DNA of 64,000 bases from an uncultured delta proteobacterium (GTDB lineage Bacteria > Myxococcota_A > Polyangia > Polyangiales > Polyangiaceae): positions 1 to 64,000 of the forward strand of contig CAVQUB010000004.1 in NCBI GenBank assembly GCA_963716725.1, written 5' to 3'. Numbering within the stretch: the first letter of the stretch is position 1; the number at the start of each line of letters is the position of its first letter. Positions 38,568-47,191 of the stretch are shown piece after piece. The notes under the pieces are model-generated. The model saw nothing but the letters and a program-made list of their open reading frames with translations. It ran no database searches and was not told where the DNA came from. The position numbers and the translations under genes were made by a program.

Positions 38568-41468
38568 ATGACGAAATCTCGGGTCTGGGGGTTGATTGGA
38601 AGTGGACTGGTCCTGGTCGCTGCTTGTAGCGGTGACGATGGCGGCGCTGGTCCCAAAGGCGCGACCAGCAAGCCCTGCACCGTCGAGAGCAACGGCGACG
38701 GCACGGCAACCATCACCTGCCCTGACGGCACGACCGTCACCGTAAACGACGGCAAGCCCGGCGACGCGGGCCCACCCGGCGAAGCGGGCCCACCCGCCGA
38801 CGCGGGCACCACCTGCACCATCGTCGACAACAACAACGGCACCAAGACCATCACCTGCTCGGATGGAACCCAGATCACGGTCTCGAGCGCGCTCTTGGAC
38901 TACGCCAAGCTCACACCCGCCGAGAAGACCGACCTCGACCCGACGATGGTGATCACCGACGTGAAGTTCCCCACCGACGGGAAGCCGGTGGTCACAGTCA
39001 AGGTCACCGATCGCAAGGGCAACCCCGTGAAGGGGCTCGACGCGCTTTCGACGGGCGCGGGCCTGACCTGGCGCGCGTCGGTGCTGAAGCTGGGCGCCAA
39101 CGTGAACGGGAGCGCCAACGATACCTGGGTGAGCTACCTCGCCGCCAACGCGACCAGCTCCGCGAGCGCTGAAAACGCCTCGAGCACCGCTGCCCCGACC
39201 GCGACCCAGGGCATGCTCGAGGACAAAGGCGATGGCACCTACGTCTACACCTTTGCCAAGGTGATCACCGACGAGCCCAACGCCGGCACCAAGTACGAAG
39301 CCGACAAGCACCATCGCATCATCGTGCTCGCCTACAAGAGCGGGAACCCCTTCCGGCCGATGGACGCCTGGAAGGATCTGATCCCCCAGACGGGCGCCGA
39401 CGTGTCCGGGAAGAACGACAAGGTCAACGGCGCTGCCTGCTTGAACTGCCACTCCGACTGGCGCGCGCCGGCGAACTCTGTCGGGGCGTTCCACAGCGGA
39501 ACCCGCTACGAGGTCAACACCTGCGTGGCCTGTCACAACGACCAGCGCCGCTTCAGCAGCGCGGGCGCTGCTTTGACCGAGCCCACCATGACTGCGGGCA
39601 GCACGCCCGGCACCTACAAGTGGAGCGGAAGCGCCAGCATCATCAACGGCGAGGCTACCCTGAACCTGCCGGTCTTCATCCACAAGATCCACATGGGTCA
39701 CAAGCTCTCGCTCGTCCCCGACCGCGCCGGCGGCGGCGGCGGCTACGCTGCCGTGCAGTTCGACGAAGCCACCTACCCGCAGGACGTACGCAACTGCGCG
39801 AAGTGCCACAACACGGTGGACCAGGCCGACAACGTGAAGAGCAAGCCGAGCCGGCGAGCCTGCGGGTCCTGTCACGACAACATCTCCTTCGACGCGGCGG
39901 CTCCGCTGGGGCGCAAGAAGCACACCGGTGGCGCGGCCACGACCGACTCGGACTGCGCGACCTGCCACGGCGCGGGCAAGATCCTGGCTCCGAAGCACGA
40001 GCCGGTGGCTGCCCCGGACACCGTCACCAGCGGCACGCTGCCCGCTTCTCCCGACGGTCGCTACGTGATGGGCGGCTGGCAGGGTGACAGCTCGACGCAG
40101 GGTTACAAGTCCTGCACCGTCGCCTCGCCCTGCACCTGCACGGCGGCCGCGCCGTGTCTGCCCAGCTCCAACAGCTCGGCGTCGTGGATCGCCGCGACGG
40201 GCTTCGTGCCCACGGGCGCCGCCAAGATCACCTACGACGTCAAAGAGGTGAAGATCGACGCCACCACCAAGAACCCGAGCATCGTCTTCAAGTTCCTGAA
40301 GGACGGCGTCGACGTCGACTTCGGCACCTACAACGCGACCACCAAGCCGGAGCTGCTGACGGGCTTCGTGGGCTCGCCGAGCGCGTACTTCGCCTACTCG
40401 CTGCCCCAGGACGGGATCGCCTCGCCCGCGGACTTCAACGCCTCGACCAGCGCCTACATCAAGGGCGTGTGGAACGGGTCCAACAGCAACGCGACCATGA
40501 CCAAGGACGCGGCGACCGGCTACTACACGCTCACGCTGACCAACGTCGTCTTGCCGGCGACCGCCAAGATGCTCACCGGAGGCATCGGCTACAGCTACAG
40601 CATGTCGAGCACGCGGCCGCTGATTCAGGTCGACCTGCCCGTGTACCCCTACGACGCGACGACCAAGATCGGTGGGCTGACGGTTCCGTCGCCGAACGTC
40701 TGGAAGACGGCGACAGGGCACACCACGCGCCGACCCATCGTCGACACGGCCAAGTGCAACAAGTGCCATGACGGCTTGGGCGTCAGCCCCACCTTCCACT
40801 CGGCTCAGCGCAACGACGCACCGACCTGCTCGTTCTGCCACAACACCAACCGCGTCAACGGCGGCTGGGCCGTCAACGCCAAGGACATCGTTCACGCCAT
40901 CCACTCGGGTGCCAAGCGCACCGTGCCCTTCAGCTGGCACGGAGAGATCAAGGCCTGGGAGGTGACCTACCCCGGTGTCCTCAACAACTGCGGTCAGTGC
41001 CACGTCGATGGCAGCTACGACTTCAGCGCTAGCGCGTCGGCGAAGGCCATGACGAGCCTGCTCTACAGCACGGCGGCCCAGGGGATCTACAAGTCGGCTC
41101 CGACGGCTCCGGCGACCATCGGTCCCTATCTGTCCCCGTACATCACGGCCGACACCGCCAACTATGGCGTGGGCTTCGCCACATCGAACCAGACCTCGGG
41201 CACGCGCAACGGAGTGGCCTGCACCACCGCGGCGCCTTGTGTCTGTTCGACCGCGGCGCCCTGTGACGCCGAAGGCGCGACCCTCGTCCACTCGCCGATC
41301 ACCGCTGCCTGCGCTTCGTGCCACGATTCAGCGACGGCCAAGAAGCACTTCGCCGACAACGACGGGTCGTTCTATGCCCCGCGCAGCGCCGCGCTGGGCA
41401 AGCAGGAGTCCTGCATGATGTGTCACGGTCCCGGCAAGATCGCCGCCATCGCTCAGGTCCACAAGTAG
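38568..41468 (+). CDS. OmcA/MtrC-family decaheme c-type cytochrome lipoprotein
   Basis: Lipobox LVAAC; ten CxxCH motifs in two groups of five (CLNCH, CVACH, CAKCH, CGSCH, CATCH / CNKCH, CSFCH, CGQCH, CASCH, CMMCH); IHKIH, GDGTYVYTF, YPQDVRNC, RRPIV. Confidence 0.92.
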   Translation: MTKSRVWGLIGSGLVLVAACSGDDGGAGPKGATSKPCTVESNGDGTATITCPDGTTVTVNDGKPGDAGPPGEAGPPADAGTTCTIVDNNNGTKTITCSDGTQITVSSALLDYAKLTPAEKTDLDPTMVITDVKFPTDGKPVVTVKVTDRKGNPVKGLDALSTGAGLTWRASVLKLGANVNGSANDTWVSYLAANATSSASAENASSTAAPTATQGMLEDKGDGTYVYTFAKVITDEPNAGTKYEADKHHRIIVLAYKSGNPFRPMDAWKDLIPQTGADVSGKNDKVNGAACLNCHSDWRAPANSVGAFHSGTRYEVNTCVACHNDQRRFSSAGAALTEPTMTAGSTPGTYKWSGSASIINGEATLNLPVFIHKIHMGHKLSLVPDRAGGGGGYAAVQFDEATYPQDVRNCAKCHNTVDQADNVKSKPSRRACGSCHDNISFDAAAPLGRKKHTGGAATTDSDCATCHGAGKILAPKHEPVAAPDTVTSGTLPASPDGRYVMGGWQGDSSTQGYKSCTVASPCTCTAAAPCLPSSNSSASWIAATGFVPTGAAKITYDVKEVKIDATTKNPSIVFKFLKDGVDVDFGTYNATTKPELLTGFVGSPSAYFAYSLPQDGIASPADFNASTSAYIKGVWNGSNSNATMTKDAATGYYTLTLTNVVLPATAKMLTGGIGYSYSMSSTRPLIQVDLPVYPYDATTKIGGLTVPSPNVWKTATGHTTRRPIVDTAKCNKCHDGLGVSPTFHSAQRNDAPTCSFCHNTNRVNGGWAVNAKDIVHAIHSGAKRTVPFSWHGEIKAWEVTYPGVLNNCGQCHVDGSYDFSASASAKAMTSLLYSTAAQGIYKSAPTAPATIGPYLSPYITADTANYGVGFATSNQTSGTRNGVACTTAAPCVCSTAAPCDAEGATLVHSPITAACASCHDSATAKKHFADNDGSFYAPRSAALGKQESCMMCHGPGKIAAIAQVHK

Positions 41469-41523
41469 TCGGCGCCTCGGGCAGCCAGCTGTCCGATCGC
41501 GCTCAGCCGCGCTCCGCCGCGCT

Positions 41524-41567
41524 CCGCCCTCTCCGCTCGACTCCGAGCGGCGGGGGCGGCGGCGTTT
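41524..41567 (+). terminator. Probable terminator hairpin after the decaheme gene
   Basis: CCGCTCG-actc-CGAGCGG core stem, extendable by ccgccc/gggcgg, followed by a short ttt. Confidence 0.4.
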
Positions 41568-41628
41568 GTGGAGATGCGCTCCGGATTGTCGTGGCGCTGC
41601 CCTCCGCGAAGCGGCAAGCTGCGCCCCG

Positions 41629-42261
41629 ATGAGCCCCGAGCCCGCCGACGTCAAGACCAGCGTGAAGAGCGCGGAGTTCACCGCGGCGGCGGCCGCCCTG
41701 GCCAACCTTCCGCCACCGCTGACCGTCGAGGTCGCCTTCGCGGGTCGCTCCAACGTCGGCAAGAGCAGCCTGATGAACTGCCTCTTGTCGCGCCGAAACC
41801 TGGTGCGAGTGAGCGGCACCCCGGGTTGCACGCGCACGCTCAGCTTGTTCGATGCGGAGCTCGGCGACGGCGCGCGCATCACCATGGTCGACCTGCCTGG
41901 GTACGGCTTCGCTCGGCGCAGCAAGACCGAGCGTGGCGCCTGGGCCGAGATGATCGAAGGCTATCTGCTGGAACGAGTCACCCTGCGCGCGGTCGTTTCA
42001 ATCATCGACGTTCGGCGCGGACTCGAGGACGACGACCGCGATCTGCTGACGATGATGGCGGCGCCGTCACAGGTGAGCCGCCCCCAGGTCACCACCCTGG
42101 TGGTGGCCACCAAGCTCGACAAGCTCCCGCTCAACAAACAGAAGCTCGAGCTCGAACGGGTGAGGAAGGGCGCCGGCGTGCCGGTGCTGGGGTTCTCCTC
42201 CGAGACCGGCTTCGGGCGGGACGAGCTGTGGCGGCGGATCAGGAAGGCGGCCGGGATCTGA
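41629..42261 (+). CDS. engB: Ribosome biogenesis GTP-binding protein YihA/YsxC (EngB)
   Basis: EVAFAGRSNVGKSSL, PGCT, DLPGYG, TKLD. Confidence 0.95.
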   Translation: MSPEPADVKTSVKSAEFTAAAAALANLPPPLTVEVAFAGRSNVGKSSLMNCLLSRRNLVRVSGTPGCTRTLSLFDAELGDGARITMVDLPGYGFARRSKTERGAWAEMIEGYLLERVTLRAVVSIIDVRRGLEDDDRDLLTMMAAPSQVSRPQVTTLVVATKLDKLPLNKQKLELERVRKGAGVPVLGFSSETGFGRDELWRRIRKAAGI

Positions 42262-42267
42262 GCCACG

Positions 42268-42981
42268 TCAGGGCGCGACGGTGAAGGCTTCGGTTTCGTC
42301 GAGCTCCCGCCCGCAGTCGCCGTAGAGCACGAACTTGTGGGCCGTGCCCGGGATCTCGAAGCGAAAGGCCGGACCGGCCTTGGCGCGGTAGTACTCGATA
42401 CGCGCCATGCGATCGCGCGGCGCACCTTGCTTGATGGCGTGGGCCCACACCTCCGCAAAGCCGCAGCGCGGCGGCTCGGGCAGCGGATCGAGCACCTGTG
42501 ATGGACAGGGGTAGTCCGTCACGTCGGGATCGGCGAGCAGGCCTTCCTTCTTCAAGTGAACTGTCTGCTTCCCGCAGTAGTGCCGTCGCGGCAGGGTGCC
42601 GGGTTCGCGCGTCGGCTGCGGTCCGTCCCCCGCGAGGCTCTGGAAGGTGTAGCGCGCGCGTCCGGAAACGCCGTTCAGGTCGATGATGCCGTCGCTCTTG
42701 ACGCCCTCGGCCCAGATGTTGCGCAGGATTTTGCGGGAAGTGACCGCTCGCGCGCCTTGCAACGAGCCGACCACGTCGACCGCGTTGGGGAAGCCGACCA
42801 CGCCGCCGGTGGTGGGCGGGGCAGGGGGCGCGGCGACCTCGGGCTTGGACGCGCGCTTGGCCCAGAGCGACAGCGCGATGCTCGCCACGAAGGCCACGAG
42901 GACGATCATCAACCCCACGACGCGGTCGCGGCGTCGGTGGGCCTCGATCTCAGCCAGGATTGCGGTCTCCGGTTCGGTCAT
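42268..42981 (-). CDS. Hypothetical membrane-anchored protein
   Basis: 237-aa ORF with one N-terminal transmembrane helix and four Cys in the soluble part. Confidence 0.65.
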   Translation of the reverse strand: MTEPETAILAEIEAHRRRDRVVGLMIVLVAFVASIALSLWAKRASKPEVAAPPAPPTTGGVVGFPNAVDVVGSLQGARAVTSRKILRNIWAEGVKSDGIIDLNGVSGRARYTFQSLAGDGPQPTREPGTLPRRHYCGKQTVHLKKEGLLADPDVTDYPCPSQVLDPLPEPPRCGFAEVWAHAIKQGAPRDRMARIEYYRAKAGPAFRFEIPGTAHKFVLYGDCGRELDETEAFTVAP

Positions 42982-43053
42982 GTTCGGCGCGGCGACCGTA
43001 TATCACGAAGTTAGCGCTGGGACGGTAGGCAGACCGACCGGAGCCATGGCTGC

Positions 43054-43082
43054 TTGCCCTGGGGCTCCGCGCGCGCTATCAA
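43054..43082 (+). promoter_or_regulatory. Sigma70-like promoter for tRNA-Val
   Basis: TTGCCC-17 nt-TATCAA about 50 nt upstream of the tRNA. Confidence 0.45.
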
Positions 43083-43134
43083 CGGCGGCTCTCGGGGCAT
43101 TCCCCGGGGCGGACCGGCTCCGATGGGCCGGCTC

Positions 43135-43206
43135 GGGCGCATAACTCAGCGGTAGAGTGCGACCTTCACACGGTCGAAGTCACAGGTTCAAATCCTGTTG
43201 CGCCCA
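43135..43206 (+). tRNA. tRNA-Val (anticodon CAC); 3' CCA not encoded
   Basis: GGGCGCA...TGCGCCC acceptor stem, D arm AACTCAGCGGTAGAGT, anticodon arm CGACC-TTCACAC-GGTCG, T loop GGTTCAAATCC. Confidence 0.95.
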
Positions 43207-43344
43207 CAGAGATAATCGAGAGGTTGCGACGGCTCCGGAGCGCTCGGAGCACCACCGGGCAGTACTGACGCCAGCGCAGGAACCCGAGCGTCAGATGGGC
43301 TGTCTTGGGGGGGGTGGTCGGCTTGGGTGCAGGCGGCATGCCCG

Positions 43345-43505
43345 TTTCGTGGACTCCACCCATGTGTCGAGGTCGGCGCGACGGGCTACCCAGCGTCTCT
43401 TGATGCGTCGGGCAGGCAGCGAGCAGCAGACGAGCGGCGTGACCGCAATGAAGCACTTCTCGCGAGCGGATAGGCCAAGCAGCCAAGACGGCGCGGCGTG
43501 ATGAT
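43345..43505 (-). pseudogene. Excisionase-like (HTH_17) relic
   Basis: Minus-strand translation SWLLGLSARE...LPARRIKRRWVARRADLDTWVES resembles the LPA.k.g..w...r.dl..w wing of excisionase HTHs; sits directly after a tRNA. Confidence 0.4.
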
Positions 43506-43536
43506 GGCCGCGAAGAACGTTCCGCTTTGCGCGGAC

Positions 43537-43552
43537 GTACCGATTTAGGTAC
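43537..43552. promoter_or_regulatory. Palindromic operator in the toxin-antitoxin promoter
   Basis: GTACC-gattta-GGTAC inverted repeat lying between TTGCGC (-35-like) and the AT-rich -10 region, just before GTG 43562. Confidence 0.6.
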
Positions 43553-43561
43553 ATATAGCCC

Positions 43562-43908
43562 GTGGCAGCCAAGAAGCAGCCCTTCTCGCCTGCCAGTTCT
43601 ACCGGACCGCCACGGGCAACGAGCCGGTGCGAGAGTGGCTCAAGTCACTTTCGCCCGCCATTCGGAAGGAAATCGGATCGGACATCGAGCAAGTTCAATG
43701 GAGCTGGCCGGTGGGAAAGCCCTTGGTCGATGGCTTCGGTGACGGGCTCTTCGAGGTTCGCACGAGTCTCAAAGGCAACATCTTTCGGGTGCTCTTTTGC
43801 CTGGAGGGCGCCACGATGGTGCTGCTGCACGGCTTCCAGAAGAAGACCCAGAAGACGCCGAAGGCGGACCTCGACCTTGCTCGACGGCGACGAAAGGAAG
43901 CGGAATAG
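43562..43908 (+). CDS. RelE/HigB-family (Gp49/DUF891-like) toxin, frameshifted near codon 7
   Basis: FYRTATGNEPVREWLKSL...GLFEVRTSL..IFRVLF....MVLLHGFQKKTQKTP..DLDLARRR. The GTG start at 43562 is out of frame by 1 nt at CAGCCCTT. Confidence 0.85.
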
Positions 43909-43910
43909 CC

Positions 43911-44189
43911 ATGAAAAACAAGCACATCGGGTCGACCCTCAGCTCGCTCTTCGAAGAACTCGGCGAGCGGGAGGATGTGGAGCTCTTGACGCAGAAGAAG
44001 CTCCTCGCCGCCAAGATCGAGCGGGCCATGACTCGGCGGAGAATGACCCAGGCCGAGCTGGCTCGCGCCATGCGCACGAGCCGCACCGTCGTCCATCGAC
44101 TCCTCGATCCCCGCGACACGAGCGTCACCCTGGCCACCCTATCGAAGGCTTCGAAGGCGCTCGGAGTGAAGCTGTTGCACGTCGCATGA
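43911..44189 (+). CDS. XRE/HigA-type HTH antitoxin
   Basis: MKNKHIGS...MTQAELARAMRTSRTVVHRLLDP...VTLATLSKASKALG, 2 nt after the toxin stop. Confidence 0.88.
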   Translation: MKNKHIGSTLSSLFEELGEREDVELLTQKKLLAAKIERAMTRRRMTQAELARAMRTSRTVVHRLLDPRDTSVTLATLSKASKALGVKLLHVA

Positions 44190-44205
44190 GGGCCTGATCG
44201 GAAAC

Positions 44206-44390
44206 ATGCGATTCGGGTCGCGTGAAGCGTGCGAGGCGGCGTTCGAGTTTCTCGTGCAAGATAACGCCAACGAACTTGCGCGCCTCATCGAGAGTCCCAG
44301 CTCGAGGCCGCCGATCTCACTTTCGCTGCCGAGATCTGGGACGCCACCACGACGATTCGCTTGTACGCCGAGCTTTGATTCCCAGCCGAG
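44206..44390 (+). pseudogene. Truncated, frameshifted helical (HEAT-like) protein fragment
   Basis: Frames stitch to CEAAFEFLVQDNANELARLIES / LEAADLTFAAEI / LGRHHDDSLVRRALIP, then protein-like signal is lost. Confidence 0.35.
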
Positions 44391-44657
44391 CTCGACGCGT
44401 AGACGACCGCCGGCGAGTTGAACAGACGCCCCCGAACATCGCCCCCGCGATTTGAACCTATCGTGTCGCCTTCGAACGCAGCCAGTCTCTCCAGCAATGC
44501 CACTGCTGGCACCAGCGAAATCACAAAGCCGGCGCCGACTCACGTCTTCTGGGTGGGCTTGACGAACGTGGTGGGTGTGCGCTTGCACACACCCTGGATC
44601 TGGGCTGGTGTCGCGTTCTTCAGCTCAGGGTGGTTCATGAGCGTTGGGGCGCCCCGA

Positions 44658-47009
44658 CTACGGCACGAGATGCGCGAAGAAGCCCGTCTTGGCGGCGGGC
44701 AGGGGGCCTGTGCCGAAGTCGATGGTGCCGCCGCTGTACTTGCCCGCGAAACCGAGGGCAGAGCCGATCCAAGCGACGCTGGTCGGCGTGTCGACACTGA
44801 GGTAGCCCCAGGCCTTCGACGACAGGTGCGCCCCTTGCGAGCTGAAGCGAGCGAGCACCATGTCCGCCTGGCCGATGTACGTCACCGGGCCGCCTCCGAA
44901 GTCGATGGCCGCGCCGATTTCTGCCGCCAGCGCGACTTCGCCGCTGCTCGTCGCCGCCACCGAGACCCCTCGGTCGTCCGCCAGGCTTCCGAACCCCTTG
45001 GCCCACGTCGTCGAGAGCGCCACGGCGTCGAGCTTGAAGAGAAAGATATCTGAAGCCCCCTTGCTCGTCATGGCCCCTGTCCCGAAGTCGACTTGGCCCG
45101 TGAAGGAACCCGTCACCAAGAGCCCGGTCGTCCCGTCCCGCGCGATGTCGCGGCCGCTGTCGACTCCAGAATCTCCGAATCGCTTCGCCTGCTGAAGCGT
45201 TCCGTCGACCCCCGAGAAGCGTGCCACGAAAACGTCGGTAGCGGTGCTGGTGCTGACCAGCTGAGTACCTCCGAAATCCACGGTAGCGGCGAAGTCGCCC
45301 AGCGCGACGATGCTGGTGCCGTCAGCCACCAAAGCCCGCACCGGTGCGCCGGTCGAGCCCCCAGTGACGATCAGCTTCTTCGCCCAAATCGACCCCCCGT
45401 CGACCCCGGAGTATTTGGCGAGATATCCCTGCCAGTTCGCGCCGTAGAGCTGAGGGCCTCCGAAATCGAGCGTGCCGTAGAAGCGACCGCCGACGTAGAC
45501 GTTGTCCGCTGCGTCGATGGCGAGGGCGAGCAACTCCCCGGCCGCGGGGGGGGCCACGGGGATGCTCACGCAACGCGACCACATCTCGGCGCCCTTGTCG
45601 GCGCTGTACTTGATCACGAACAGCCCCGAGCCGGCGCAGCTCAGCGGCTTGTCGAAGGACGCGCCGTTGCTGGTCGTGCCCACGACGATGACGTTGCCCT
45701 TGGAGTCGACGGCGACCTCTTCGAGTTGGTCGTTGCCCGTCCCGCCCCCCCGCACCACCCAGAGCGGCGCGCCAGCGGGGGTGAACCTGGCCAGGAACAG
45801 ATCGTTGCCGCCCGAGGAGCTGATGGAGACCCCGCCGATGTCTTGACCGGAGATGAACGTGCCCGCGGCGACCAGGTTCCCGGTGGGATCGGCGGCGACG
45901 CGCGGGTTGCCGGTGATCGCCTCGGCCCACGTGACCGCGCCTGCCGGCTTGCAGAGCTTGCTGACGCAGTTGGCGCTCTTGCAGTCGCCGCTCGTGCTGC
46001 AACCTTTGCCATCGGAGCAGGGACTGCACTGTCCACCCCCGCAATCGATGTCCGTCTCGGCGCCGCTTTGCGTCCCGTCGCTGCAACCCGGCGTGGTGCA
46101 GATCCCCGCCAGACACTTGCCCTCGGCGCAATCGGCGGCGGCCCAGCAACCCTTGGGGGCGGCGCATTTGGAGCAGCTCGATCCGCCGCAGTCCAGGTCG
46201 GATTCCGTCCCATTCTGCAGCCCGTCCGAGCAGCTGGGCGCCGCGCACTTCTGAGCCGTGCAGACGTCGCTGGCGCAGTCGCTGGGCTTGGTGCACGCCG
46301 CTCCCGCACAGGCGCCGCAGAGGCCACCGCAGTCGATCTGGGACTCGGTCGGATCTTTCACCCCGTTGGCGCACGCTCCGGGGCCGGCGTCGATGCCTGC
46401 CACGACGCACTTCCCAGTCGGATCGCACGACGAGCCGGGGCAGTCCTTGTCGGTGACGCATTCGGTAGCGCAGGCGCCCGCTAGGCAGACCAGGAGTCCC
46501 GGACAGTCCGAGTCGTGAACGCAGGCGTTGCCGATGCTCGCGTCGACCGACGGATCCGAGGGCTTGATCAGGCCACCGTCGGAGTCCACGTCGGCTGGCA
46601 CGGCGCACGAGAACTCAGCGCACACCTGATCCGGGACGCAGTCTTTGGTGACCTTGCATTCGGGGCGGCACTTGCCGACGACGCACCTGAAACTCTCCGG
46701 GCAATCGCTGTGGTAATCGCACTTCTGCTCGCTCTCGAACATGCACACTTTGAAGGGCTTGTCGGTCGGGACGCAGAGCTCACCGTCGGCGCAGTCGCGC
46801 TGTTCGGAGCATTCGACGTGGCACATGCGAAAGGCGCAGACCAGAGGCGACGCGCAGTCCGTGGCGAGCACGCAACCCTCCGCGAGTTGAGCGCGTCGCA
46901 GCGCGGCTGCGTCGTCCGAACCGCAGGCTCCGACCGACGCCGACGCCAGGACGACGAGACCGAGCAAGGCCAAGACTCTCCCCCACCTGAGGCGCCCCCG
47001 ATATCTCAT
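44658..47009 (-). CDS. Large Cys-rich repeat lipoprotein with C-terminal beta-propeller (SBBP-like repeats)
   Basis: Lipobox VGAC, many CxxxxDC units, three (Q/K)xGxE(S/T)DxDCGG-like repeats, then D(L/V/I)F(L/V)A(R/K)F...W repeats. Confidence 0.8.
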   Translation of the reverse strand: MRYRGRLRWGRVLALLGLVVLASASVGACGSDDAAALRRAQLAEGCVLATDCASPLVCAFRMCHVECSEQRDCADGELCVPTDKPFKVCMFESEQKCDYHSDCPESFRCVVGKCRPECKVTKDCVPDQVCAEFSCAVPADVDSDGGLIKPSDPSVDASIGNACVHDSDCPGLLVCLAGACATECVTDKDCPGSSCDPTGKCVVAGIDAGPGACANGVKDPTESQIDCGGLCGACAGAACTKPSDCASDVCTAQKCAAPSCSDGLQNGTESDLDCGGSSCSKCAAPKGCWAAADCAEGKCLAGICTTPGCSDGTQSGAETDIDCGGGQCSPCSDGKGCSTSGDCKSANCVSKLCKPAGAVTWAEAITGNPRVAADPTGNLVAAGTFISGQDIGGVSISSSGGNDLFLARFTPAGAPLWVVRGGGTGNDQLEEVAVDSKGNVIVVGTTSNGASFDKPLSCAGSGLFVIKYSADKGAEMWSRCVSIPVAPPAAGELLALAIDAADNVYVGGRFYGTLDFGGPQLYGANWQGYLAKYSGVDGGSIWAKKLIVTGGSTGAPVRALVADGTSIVALGDFAATVDFGGTQLVSTSTATDVFVARFSGVDGTLQQAKRFGDSGVDSGRDIARDGTTGLLVTGSFTGQVDFGTGAMTSKGASDIFLFKLDAVALSTTWAKGFGSLADDRGVSVAATSSGEVALAAEIGAAIDFGGGPVTYIGQADMVLARFSSQGAHLSSKAWGYLSVDTPTSVAWIGSALGFAGKYSGGTIDFGTGPLPAAKTGFFAHLVP

Positions 47010-47035
47010 TGGCAGAGCCTAGGCCATTGCCAGAG

Positions 47036-47063
47036 AGGTCGCGAGCAGGTCGCGAGCAGGTCG
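47036..47063. promoter_or_regulatory. 11-bp-period direct repeat in a divergent promoter region
   Basis: AGGTCGCGAGC AGGTCGCGAGC AGGTCG, 14 nt from the TAGGCT box of the minus-strand gene. Confidence 0.5.
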
Positions 47064-47191
47064 TCGAAGTCCTGGTGGGCGGGGTGTTGCCCCGCTCGCC
47101 CCAGGCTGTGGCGCGCGCTTCTTCAGCTCGATCTTCTCCGCGCACCGGGAAGGACTCATGTTCCTTGTCGTATCAGGAGCCGGAGAAGATC

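Noticed and set aside
38457..41324. 955-aa ORF antisense to the decaheme cytochrome
   Set aside because: Mirror frame caused by strong codon bias; no motifs.
44449..44459. 11-bp match (AGGTTCAAATC) to the tRNA-Val T arm as a possible att site
   Set aside because: Inverted relative to the tRNA and short; att duplications are direct repeats of the tRNA 3' end, and no cloverleaf forms here.
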